64,000 bases of DNA from Xylographa opegraphella (Eukaryota). Position 1 is the stretch's first letter. Each line of letters starts with the position of its first letter. Of this stretch, positions 12,079-24,100 are shown one piece after another. The DNA lies in assembly GCA_022813865.1 (NCBI GenBank), contig JALDZX010000040.1:62001-126000 (forward strand), given 5' to 3'. A program made the translations under genes and the position numbers. Below the pieces are notes generated by a model. That model was given only the letters and a program-made list of their open reading frames with translations, ran no database searches and was not told the origin of the DNA.

Positions 12079-13205
12079 GTCTTTCGATGTGCAGGCTGGC
12101 ACCAATCGCCCGCCTCGACGGCCAGGACAGAGCGATGTGCAGCGAGTGTCTGGGAGCCCGGAAGGACGGGTGGGAGGGTATGCAAAGGCTGCGCAAACAA
12201 ACAACACGGACGGCCGGCCGGCGCGACGAAGGCGGTTCGAAATGCAGGAAAACGGAAAGAGTGAAGATGAAGAAGAATTTTGTAACAGGTCGGACGAAAG
12301 ACGCAGTGGTCAGGATTTTTTGGGAGGGAGGTGGGGGGGGGGAGGGGGGTTTGACCGGTCTACTTACTATTGCTGGATCGACCGCCACAGGCGCCGGCTC
12401 TTCCTTATAGCCTCCAGGACCAGGTCTCACCTCGCGGTGATGAGGTACTTTCGGCATCGCAGGGAAGAGAGGGTTAGGTGAAGCTTGCGAAGCTGGCAGT
12501 TGCGTGCGCGACCGGGGTGGGAGGCTGAAGCAGTGGGACGCGATGATGGGGACCAGGGCACGTACGATGTAATAACAAAGACGCAGAGGTGTCCGTGCGA
12601 CAACGCTGTGTCGTGGATGATGGCTGACGAAAGCTAGTAGTAGTAGATTGGGAGGTCCGGGAGGTGGACGCCGTCCTCACTGCTTGGGTATGTCTGTCGT
12701 GGGCGCTATTCGTATCGCGTCGGAGCGTTGGGAGAGTAGGACCCCGGCCTGGCGGTCCTTCTTTAATAGACTCGAAACACTCTAAAAGGGGCAACGGGGA
12801 AGCGTTGCCAGAGAACAGGCGGACAGGCTCCAGCGACCAGGTCCGGACGGCGGGATTGGTCGATTGGGGGAGCTCCACGGGCAAGGTCGAGGCCACTGGC
12901 GCGCCCCGTTCAAGTGGCAGGCTCGAGCTAAGGTACGGTAGAGGGGGGAGTGGGTGTGAAGCTGGCGTGGTCCGGGACTCCTGGATGCGAACTCCCAGTC
13001 AGCCAACGGGGAACGAGCCAAGCATAAAGAGACAATAACGGGCAGGTCAGCCATGCAGCGCATTTATCACCACGGCTTGCGTGGGCGTGTTTGATGTCGT
13101 CGCAGTCCTGGGTCTCTGATTGACCTCATCGAAAGGTACAATACCACCCAGCAGGGCGACCATCACCACGAACACGATCCACACACCCACTCGCCCCTTC
13201 ATCCG

Positions 13206-13268
13206 GCTCTCTCTCGCGCTCTCTCGCTCTCTCGCTCTCTCGCTCTCTCCCCTGGTTCTCTCCCTCTC
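13206..13268. repeat. Degenerate (CT)n / (CTCTCTCG)n microsatellite
   Basis: gctctctctcgcgctctctcgctctctcgctctctcgctctctcccc read directly. Confidence 0.75.
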
Positions 13269-16200
13269 GCGTGCGATGAACGGAAGTGCCCGGGCTGGGA
13301 AGTCTAAAGAATGCGCGAGGACGGATAAACATTACCTTGCGGCTTACCCACCAGCGCTACCGAGCAGGACTAAGGTAAGGAACGACGCTCACTCATTCGA
13401 GCAGAAGGCACAATGACTGATGGAACTGCGGTCGACAACAATGATCACAGAATGAATGCTCGATTGATCATTCACGGTCGTTTGGAGAATGAAGTGGGAG
13501 ATTGGTTGTTGTGATGATGATAGATGGATTGATTATTATCATTATTACTGATTAATATGGACCTGGTCATTTTACCGATCGCGCGGCTCTTGCCGTTAGC
13601 TGTCAAATTGGCCTTTCCCCCCCCGCCTCCTCCCAGCTGAAGCGGCCCACGCGAACATCACCCAAAAGCCGGCCCCGTCTCCCAATAATCCCAAGTTCCA
13701 GAGAAAATCAAAATCAAAATCAAAGGTCTTGATGCCGAACACGTCTCCCCTTTGCGCACCCCGCTCATCTCCTGTCACTTCCACCGATAAACCTGTAACC
13801 TAATTAACTCGGCTTGGCCAAGGGCATCTCCCCCCCCTTCCCCTTCCTTGGGCTCCCGTTGCTCGTGTCGTGCTTCAGCTGAAGCCTGGCCACGAGGTAA
13901 ACGAGAACTCTACTGGCCGTGATGGGGCTGGGTGGAGGCCCGAGGGGGGTGTGCGTGGCGCGTGGTGATACACGAGTTCCGGTGGGGCGGCCAGGACGGG
14001 GGAGATACGGAGGCAAGGCCTGGTTCGGGAAACGGACGACGGAAAACGTGGGCCGGGAAAGAACGTCGAAGAGGAAATTAAAGTGCTGGCCTACGACTCG
14101 GGACGGTAAAAGGTAAAAAAGCAACGGAATAGGAGAGCGGTGGGCCACTGGCCAATCAGCACGCGATGACGCTGTACTTACGCATTACAAGTTCCAACTG
14201 GGCTTTTGCTGCTGCCGGACCCTCCAACGGGGTGTGCTCGAGTCTGATTGGCCGCGTGCCAAGGTTGGCTTACGTACACATTTCACGCGTCACAAATAGC
14301 TCAGCGCACCTTACCAGTAGTCGATTGTGCCGAGTGATGGCAGGTGGCCCACACTGCGATAGGGACGTTCTTGACCTGAGGTATTATAATGTTCAGTGGA
14401 GGAGTAGTGACTTCCGTTGCAGGGTGAGTGGTATGTGCTGTACGTATTCTGGTGTGTGTCGCCAGTGCTCCTTTCTCGACCGTCATCGTGATTTCTTTGC
14501 TTGGTCAAGTCGTGGACATAACCATCCTCACCCTTCCATTCCTCGGCGAGCAAAGGCCCGCTAACCTGCAACGCTTTGGCGACCCTCCGTTTGCCGGACG
14601 CTGCGCCGGCTAGGTGGCCTGCAGCGGTGGCACGCCTGCACGCCACCAATCAAAAGATTCCCATCAACCTTTTTCTCTACCTTACTCTGTGCTTGGTCCG
14701 CCGCTTTCTTTTTTTTTCTGTTCTCGACGATGATATTATTGGGACCTGTGGGTTAGAAGTGGATTCCACCCCGTTCGCTGCCTCGGCCCCCTCGTGTCAG
14801 CCGTGGCTCTTGCTGCTATTCTACCCACTCCACCACGCCCGGATCTCCCGAATCAGAATGATGCAAGATCGCGGCCGACCCACGAGCGCAAAGCAGGAAA
14901 AGAGCAATGTCGCTTACAAGGTTTACCGCTGTACGGTGATAGAGCTAAGGGACGGGGCGCGCTTCCTCAGGTAATGGGCTGCTGCAACCTCCTTCTCACG
15001 AGCAGATGAAAAGATGTGACTGGATCGTGGGCCCCTCCCACCGGCTTTGAGCGCCTCCGAGACGACCAAGTCTTTGCCGTGTGGCGGACTTTCCGCTGGT
15101 TCTCCCCCGTCGGTGGCAGAGGGGGTTGGGTGGTGCTGATATCGTCACATATCCGCATCAGCGCTTTCAATCCTCTCATCGGTGGCGATTGAGGACTCCT
15201 GAATCCACATCCCCTACATCACGCAGGTTACGGATAATGACCTCATCCGATCCCGGCTGAGCCCATCATGGACGAGACTTCCACCGTTGCGCGCGTCCTC
15301 ATCCCTTTTCTTTCCTTCGGTTGCGGGACCGAAGAAGTGACGCTGAGCTCGCAAACAGAAAAAAGAGAGATCATCTACCTTACCATAGATTCTCCGTCCT
15401 CCGGCCTGCGGAACGAATTGAATGCGCCGGCTATCCTTTGACGGGGCCAGGATGATGCCTGAAGCTTGATCCCTGCATCGGTTAGAGTTACGCGTCGGCT
15501 TCACACCCTCTCCCACACCCCAAAACATTTAAAGCTGCGCCGGCTGATGCAGAGGCACACGCTTGCCGGGGGGCCTACTGGTACGTTCCTTGAAGCTACT
15601 CCGTACTGCTTGGTCTTGAAGTTTGGATGGACCGACTTGCATCCGGATGCTCAGTGTCCGACGGTGCACCGGACGAGCACTTTGAAGCTGACCAACGCTT
15701 TACAGAACATGCATTCCCCGTTCACCAGGGACCAACGCTGTTGAAGTTGCCTCGAGACGAAGGGTGGACGGGAAACTTCAGCCTACGCTGGATCTACGGA
15801 GTCAGTCATCGCGTAGACCACCAGATCCTCGAACAGATTGTTTGCCCACGATCAGGAAGGATACAAAGTCGAGCATCCTCCGAGAGCGTCGACCCCCAAA
15901 CGCCGCAAAGTTTAATTGGAGCTCAGCCTGACCGTTTCAAGGGCGGTGACCGTATCACATCGCAAAGAGGAATCGCTTACACCTGACCGCAGTGTCTGCC
16001 ACGACAGCAGATGAATACAACAGGCGAAGGACGTGGGATGTGTCATTAAAAATAGAGCCGGCTCTACGAGGTGAAAGCTACGGTGTTGGCATTGCGGTCT
16101 ACGGTCAAGTGTGTCATTGAATCGATGTCGAAGTCGCCCGCCTTCCTTGCCAGCCAATGCGATAGCAGCCCTTCAAGCTTGCCTGTGCCGTATCAGGCAG

Positions 16201-19200
16201 GTATCTTCTGTGACGATATTGTGTTTCTGTTCAGCTCTGTCGCAAAGGAATCGAACGGATGAGCTGAGCTCTCGATCAGCCAGTGATGACAACCACTCAG
16301 CTAAGCCACTTCGGCCGATCAGCTCGTAGACTACTCTTTCCTGTGCCAGTCGGTCGCGATGCGGTATTGTCATGATGTCAGTCAGGACCGTTGTGATCAC
16401 GTACATGCCTCTCCCGCTCCTCCTCCTCCAGACCTATCCGGACCTCGAATCTCCGGGGTTCCACCGTATCTAATGGCACTACTTTGCGAATCCTCACCCG
16501 GCCGTTTGAACGTAAAACTCCTCGTCGCCCTGGTCATGTGTAGGGCGCGTGGCACCAGGCACCACGATTCGTGCCCTGGCTTCGGCTCGACAGGTGCAAA
16601 CGCTTGATCTCCTTCCGGGTTTCCCTTAGCCTAACGGTCGCGCGGCCAGGATGATTGACAGCGGACGGACGACGTAGCCAGCAGAAGTGAACGGGCTCAT
16701 CGGCGTTTGGGGCCAGCCTCCACCTCGGCTACAGGGAAGCTTTGTTGAAGGTGAGGGGAAGGGGGGTGAAGGAGGGACGGAAGCAGACATTGGTGGTTTC
16801 CATCCCTGTGTGCCTCGCTGATAGGCTTGGGAGCAAATCATGGGGGCAGGGTGGTGTGAAGCGGTAGTTGTGGCCTCTACTACGTACCTTTTTAGGAGGT
16901 TACTACTCCCTACCTACCTACCTTATCCTGGAGCGCATCTGTTCGTGGGCCAGGCCAGGGTTGTTCGGCCAAAAGAAACCTTAGACAAACCACACCTCTT
17001 GCTTTTGCATCGGAGAGGAGTCCGTTCTCTGAATGAGGGGGGGGAGTCAAGCTTCTGCTCATGTTATTACTACTACTGTATGTAGCTGTCACCAGCGATC
17101 ATCACCAACGCGCCAGTTGTGCTTTCGTCTTCGAGTCTACCCCAAATGGACATGTTCCAATCGTGATCCCCGGCTGGTACGGCTTTTGGGGGATCGTCGC
17201 GACTGGCCGCGCACATGCGAGCTGCATTTTGCTGCAGAGGAGGTCACTACTGCAGCAGGAAGAGCACCGAGCCACCGGCGTGGACTCCGCGCTGTGATGG
17301 GGGATTTTGTGATGATACGACGATAAGCTGTACGGTAGTAGAGCGTGAACGAAAGGACAGTTGGAGGGAGGAATTCGGATAGGGAACACGATCAGTCGCG
17401 GAGAAAGAGCGCACTTTGTTCGATACGAACGTTTAGCGTAGAAGGACACAAGTAAGTTCGTCACTGGCATACTTCGGAAACCAGTTTTGCATGCCGATGT
17501 AGGTCTAAACCACCACTATCTCCAAACGTAATTGTCGATAAAGTAATCTAGCTTCAACTCTGCCAGACGGAGAACTCGCAGCTCACCGGATCCGAAAGAG
17601 TATCTTACCTTAGTGAACGCAGTACCAGCCATGCTTCTTGGCCATGTCGTGTAGCTTCACTCTCTCCCAACTTGGGACTTGCTCCATGTCCGCCGCTCCC
17701 ACTCTCCTGCTGCGAGCTCCACTCTGATGCTTCTCGTACCTGATGCGACCCACGCATCCCGGCTCCGTCACAAGTAGCAGGTAGACCAATCCTGGCCTTC
17801 GAGGGGCTGCACCATCAACAGCACGACATCGACACCATGCCTCCGACCAAGGAGCGACGGCCGTCACCGCCTCTCCGCCGCCACAGGCACGCTGCGATGA
17901 TGCAGCCTCCTCGATCGGTACGTGATGATGGATTAGAGTCGCAAACCTAAGCAGCGCACAAGCGCCGCCGTCTCCTGCACCGCGACCCGCAGTCAGCTGT
18001 TCCCTGTTGCTGCAGCGCGGCAGTGCGCAGGACCTCTGTCGCCCAGCGCAAATAATCACGGCTAGCTGCTCACATGAGCAGATATGCATGCACGCATGGA
18101 GGAAATAGCCTCTAGGCTCGAGAGCCATCATACCGCGACAGCTCGCCGCCTGCGTCTGCATATCTGTACCCGAGCGTCCGACGCAAACTTGAACGGCTAC
18201 CCTGTCAGCGCGAAGAGACAATGGACGCAACGCCGGCCTTGTTGTGCGGCTTGTCACCTGTGCTGCATTCTTGTCGATAGGGTGGCAGAAGTGAGATGGA
18301 AGTCAATGCCATATGAAGCGCTGATCTTGCAAAGGCTTGACGTCGCGCTGTTCCCTCTCGATTCCATATCGGCGATCTCGTACGCTGTACATGATGCCGT
18401 CAGTACACGAACGGTGAATGGGTCGCCTCGCGGCTGATGTGCCAGAGCACCAAAGCGCTCTCTCCAGCGCTGGGTGAGAAGCACGGCGTGGACTTGTCGT
18501 CCGCGAAGAGACAATGCCTGCTCTCATGTCAACCACAGCTCATTTCCCCCAACCCGCAGGAGCGATTCCATCTCGAGGAGAGTGTATTGCATGAAAGACT
18601 CCTCCTCGATATCCTCCATGTGCGACTTGCTGCACGCCTCGCATTTTCGATATAACGCAGCGATCCGACCCTCTTCTCTCCTGACCGGCTTCCCCGAGAT
18701 CTCTAACCGAGCGGTGCCCACGAGGTCGACCCAAAAGCACTCCTGACCAACCTCGTGGGTGGGAGAAACGCGACTCTCGAACTCGTGCCACCACACCCCG
18801 AGGTCGCTGCCGTCACCCGACATCAAGCCTCTCACCCAAAGCTCGGGAAGCAGCAGCATACGAAACCGCCCCACGGCCTCACGTATACGAGCGCGCCGTG
18901 CCCCCCCCCCCCAAAGATGATTGAGGGCCAGACGTAGCCCGCAGGGCATCCTCCTCCGCCATCTCGGTCTCACACGACCGTCCTGCACCGGAGGGGGCAG
19001 GGGGGGGTCCATTGGCTGCCAGATTCCGGATCGTGATGGATGGGCGCCTCCTCGATCCATCTGTATTGCAAGCCACCCGTTTTCGGTCTCCATCCTGCCG
19101 CTTTCCGCTCCCGAAAACGTACTCCCGTCCCGCCAAGGTCGAGATCGAAGAAATCGCGCGCTTGAAGATTCAGCGGGACATGTGGCGTGGAAGATCCCCC

Positions 19201-20277
19201 CCATTTCCCACCGACCTATCTATGCACCCAGCCTGCCGACGCCGTGGATCCCAGAGCTGCGCTGAGGGTTTTGACAGTTCGACCGGAAACGCGGTCGTGG
19301 GCGTATGCAGCGCACGTCTCCGCGGATTTCTGATGGTCGAATTTGTCATCGGTGCATGTTGGCTTTTGATTTCGTGGGCCTGGTGAGACTCGATTTCCAA
19401 GGAGGCTTTCCTTCTCAGCCTTTCCTGCCCGGCCGGCTGTGTTGGCGAAGTGTTTCTGAGAGATTCATTATTTTTCTTAAAGTTGTCACTCAATACTGCG
19501 TTCTTGTACGCACCAGCACTGGCCATCCTCTGGTGTTTGAAAAAATCGGACAGCGCAACATAAGCTGCCAATACGATCCAATATCATCCAATCCCATCCA
19601 GTCCGCTCCCTCTCCCCTCCCGCCCCGTTCCCCTCCAAGAGTCCCACGTCTTAGCATCCCAAAAAACCAAGCCAAATGCACACAGGAACCACCACAAAGG
19701 CCCCGGAGCATCGAGAAACCTCCCTTTCCCCACTTCGCCCACGAGCCCCGCAGACCACACCACAGAGACCGACAGAAACAGATTATCAATTACCACAATT
19801 CCCTCCTCCCACCCTGATATCCCGCCCTAGAAGCATCCTCTACCCCAGCACCCACCATCTCCACATCCCCAACACCACCCAAACCCCCCCTCCAGCACAC
19901 GCAACACCCACCCCCAACCCGACCTCCCCCAACCAGACAATCCGTTCCGCACATCTCCCAAGTAAAAAAAACCCTCAGACCGTGACCCTACACATCCGCT
20001 ACCCTCCTCATCCCGCAAAAATATCCTACCCGCTATCTATCTAGCGAAGAAAGCGAGTATCCCCCCCCCCCCCTTTCCAGGCCAAACCCTCAAGAAGCAT
20101 TACCCCGTCCTGATTCTAGGTAGGTACGAGTGATGGGAACTGCTACTCCGGGCCATGTAGATGGAGACCGAGACCGTAGCACAGTATGGGTACCTAGCTA
20201 GGCACGGCACACAGACAGGCCTGAGAACCGGATGTAAATAAAGCGAGAGAGCTAGGTTGGCGTTTTCATGTGGCGGT

Positions 20278-20812
20278 ATCTTATCCTATCCTATCCTACC
20301 TTACCTAGTCAGTGGCATTGACCGAATGGTCCTATACAAGGTAGTGAGTGGGGTCGTGACAGTCATGGTTTTCCCCGTCGTGGTGAGCATAGCATAGCAT
20401 AGCATAGTGATGGGACAGGACAGGTTAGGTTAGGTTAGGTTAGGATCTCAGAACCGGGAACGGGTGGAGATAATCCGACAGGCTACCTTGGACTACAGAA
20501 CGTATCGGAGAGGATACCTACGGCCATGGGAGATACTACCTACAGACAGGCTAGCTAGCTAACCAGCTACCCAGGCCCATCAACCCAGGTAACATAAGGT
20601 AGCATATCAGGGCGAGGAAACGTCAAGCATGGCGGTCACGGCACACTATCCCCATTTTTTATAAGAAAACGGCAAACTTTATTATCGAGAAATCGGGAAC
20701 CCATACTCCGTCGTTTGGAGGTGCGGGAACGGGAAGATTGGTTTTGGGCATGGCATGGCATGGCAATTGTAAGATACGGTACGTTACGGTACGGTACGGT
20801 ACGGTACGGTAT
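20278..20812. repeat. Cluster of short microsatellites: (CCTAT)n ~20280-20300, (AGCAT)4 20386-20405, (TTAGG)4 20425-20444, (GCTA)n ~20550, (TGGCA)~4 20747-20765, (TACGG)~7 20775-20811
   Basis: Read directly. Followed by an (AT)n-rich tract at 21075-21125 just downstream of the helicase stop. Confidence 0.8.
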
Positions 20813-21154
20813 CTAGTCTTTCTTTGGGATGCTGACTACGAGCCAGCCAAGCCAGCCTTGCTGCAAGTGCTGCGATTGGGAGGAAGGGAACCGCGCCCCA
20901 CGAAAGAGGAGCGTTGCGAAGAGATGTGTCGATTACGTCGCAAGTGTCGCAAGGGAACTACATGCCCGTGGTCGCCCTACGTTGAACTCGGAGAAGGCTG
21001 CGGCCCGGGGCAACATCTCCGTTACGTTCCCTTTCGAGTCCCGGATACAGGATCTCACGCGCGCAAGTTTGGGCATACATAATATATATATATACATAAA
21101 TATATATATACATACAAACATACACAAAACACTCGCCCGTGATACCGCAACCAC

Positions 21155-24100
21155 TCAATCCAAGTCGAGGAGACTGGTCTGCTTGGGCGAAGCCTCCTCG
21201 TGGGATTGGAGAAGGGTCCAGACCGTCTTGCGACTCGTGCGCTGCTTCAGCGTCTCCGCCCCGGTGTGGGTGGCGCGCTCCTCGACGCCTTTCGAGTCGT
21301 CGCCACTGCTGCTCTTGCTCACAGGCGGTGATGGCGGCCCGAACAGAGCTCGAGCCATTTCATCGTCCAGCAACCTCTGCTGCTCTTCCTTGGCTGCCGC
21401 AAGACCCTCTTCGCGGAGCCTCGCGTCCGCTTCGCGATGCCCTCCGGCGGCGAATGCACCCCAGGCTTGTGTGCTTTCGCTCAAATCGATGCTTTGGGCC
21501 TTCGCATGATTCTTGGCGCGTTTCCAGCCTCGTGAGAACGGTTGCTTTCGCGATTCGCCGCGAGTAATAGAGTCTTCTGGTGCTAGGCGCGACGACTTCG
21601 ACTGGTCACTGAAAAGTCCTTCAAACAAGTCGGGTGCTTGTGGAGCTGCAGCCGAAAGGTCTATCAACAGCTGAGCCGGTATCGACGGAATATGTGCGCG
21701 CTTTCCGCATTTACATCTGCAAGGCTTGACGTGGCAGAGTTCGAGGCACGGATGCCCGCAATCTTGTACTTCGCTGCATGGTAGGTAGCACTTCACGGTC
21801 TCGTGGTCGAATCTGACTCCTCATTAGTGAAAGATGGCAAGAGCAACAAGATGTTACGTACGGATGACATGCTAGCATACAACGATGACCACAAGACAAA
21901 TGACCTTCGCACCGAGTCTTGCAGCCGCCATTGACACTCTCCCACTCCGAAGGATCTGGTCAACGTTAGCGTCATTAACGAAAAATCCAATGGCACTTAC
22001 AGGTGATCATGGTTTTTACATGATGGTTGGTACAGGTAATTGGCAGTGCTTGACCAATACGCCGAGGCTTTTCTTCCATCACTCGCAAAACCTTATTCCA
22101 CAATGGACTGGCGCGCCGAAGCAACTTATCATTTCCAAAGAGGTAGAAGCCTCGTCGAGCTCGAGACAACGCAACGCAAACTCGATTGTCGATCTTCAGG
22201 AAGCCAATTTCATGAGGATTGTTGCGTACGAGCGACAAGATGACGACTTCGTTCTCTTCTCCTTGATAAGAGTCGACTGTTGCCACTTTGAATTGATAAC
22301 CGCCTTGGAGATTCCGGTGTTTCCTTAGTCCCTGAAGTATCCTCTTCCTCTGCCCGTTGTAAAATGTCAAAACTGTGATATCCTTGACTTCCATGCCGTT
22401 ATATACCAAGTAATCAAAGAAAGAAACCACCATATCTGCCTCCTCAAGATTCCGTTTTGACATTGTATCATCGTTGGATTCCGTCAGAGTGTGAGTGTAG
22501 AAGAAGCTATTCACACCACCCATTCCGGGCACATCCTCCCGGTTCTCGACGCAGGGGTGATCTTGAAGATTCTCATATATTGGGGAGATGATTTTTCGAA
22601 TCTCCGGCCGCATTCGCCGCTGCCGTGTTAGTTGAGAGAACTCAATTTTATTTGTGACCAGACGTTCAAAGGCTGAGACGTCGAGATTGAACGGCGGACC
22701 CTCCAAGTCTTGGACTGCGCAGTGTCCGCGCAACTGCTGATGGTCACCAACCAGGATCAGATGTTGTAATGATTCGAAGCATGCAGCGATCACGGGGGCC
22801 TCTAGAGTCTCTGCAGCTTCCTCAATGAGCACAACACGTGGCTTGAGACTGGCAACGAGAGGACGGTATTTACTGAGGCCTGTCGTAGTCATACCGATAA
22901 CACGTGCACCTCTCAATATTCCCAGGTCGACTTCCCACTTTGCAATCTGTAGATTCTTGGCTACTCTGTCGTACTCCTTCGCACCCATCCGGAAAACCTT
23001 CAGGATCTCTTCCTTTACCTTGCGCTGAAAATATGAGTAGATCGATCCTCTGTACATTGGATGTATACGATACAGATCCTGGTGATGCTTCAAAAGTTGC
23101 TCTATCTTGACATCGGTGTGATTGGAGGAACCTCGACCAGTATAAGGCTCGGCGAGCGCGACCCATTCGCCACGAAGGAGCTCGAAACTGTCATCATCGA
23201 TTGAGCCATTCTCAGCCTCGGTTTCTTTAAGCTGCTCAAATTCTAAATCAACTTCTTCCGCTTCCATATTGTTGTTTGCAGTATACGACCCTCTGGTGGC
23301 AGGTATCAGATACGATTCCAACCACGATGCCATTAAGCCGGCTACGCCGTCATTTGATACGCCAGCCCAATTTTCTGCATGTTCAACTAATGATTTGAAT
23401 TGCGTTTCCGAGATAAGACCAAGACTTTGAAGGATTTCTGCAGTAAATGGCTCTTTCCCTTCTGTAAGAGGGTCTAATAGTTTGGTCATTTCTTGGGCCA
23501 GGGTCCTCCGCGACTTCTTCGCAGCCCCACCGGAACCCTTGCTATTTGGAGGCGACATACGCTTGATCTCGAAGAGGGTCCGTGGTTTGATAATAAGCTG
23601 ATCTGCCGTACGACCACCGAGTCGGACAAACTTCGGTTCGAAGACAGCGATGTGCCGTAATAATTGATCAAGCGCGTGGTTAGTCTGTGCCGCCACAATG
23701 ATAGGAGGATCTCTGCCAGACATGTTCGATAGTAAAACTTCTAGAGCCACTACGGACACATGCGTCTTGCCCGTTCCGGGAGGACCTTGCACAATTGCAA
23801 CCCGCTTTGTAAGTATTCGGCGGAGAGCTGTGAGTTGCGAGTCGTCCAGATTTGATCCCGAGATATCAGGCCACTGGTCAAGGACGTTGATGTCCATATA
23901 TTTGTTCGGTTCTGATATGATAGCTGACACATCTAGAACTGGCTGCTCCTGTATGTAATCTGGAGCGGAAATTTGTCTCTCCAGATCAACTATGTGTTCT
24001 ACTAAGGGAAAGCTAAGTATACATTAGCCTACTGAAGTCCCCAGCGCATGTGCCAACAACGTACCACTCGCATGCCATTTTTTGTAGAGCACGAAGAGTA

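Noticed and set aside
17610..19204. Several 100-226-aa ORFs in the desert, including two same-frame minus-strand ORFs separated by a stop (possible pseudogene)
   Set aside because: No recognisable motifs; such ORFs are expected in GC-rich DNA. Cannot be supported without BLASTX.
20425..20444. (TTAGG)4 as telomeric or interstitial telomere repeat
   Set aside because: Only four units, not the TTAGGG typical of filamentous ascomycetes, and embedded among other pentamer microsatellites.
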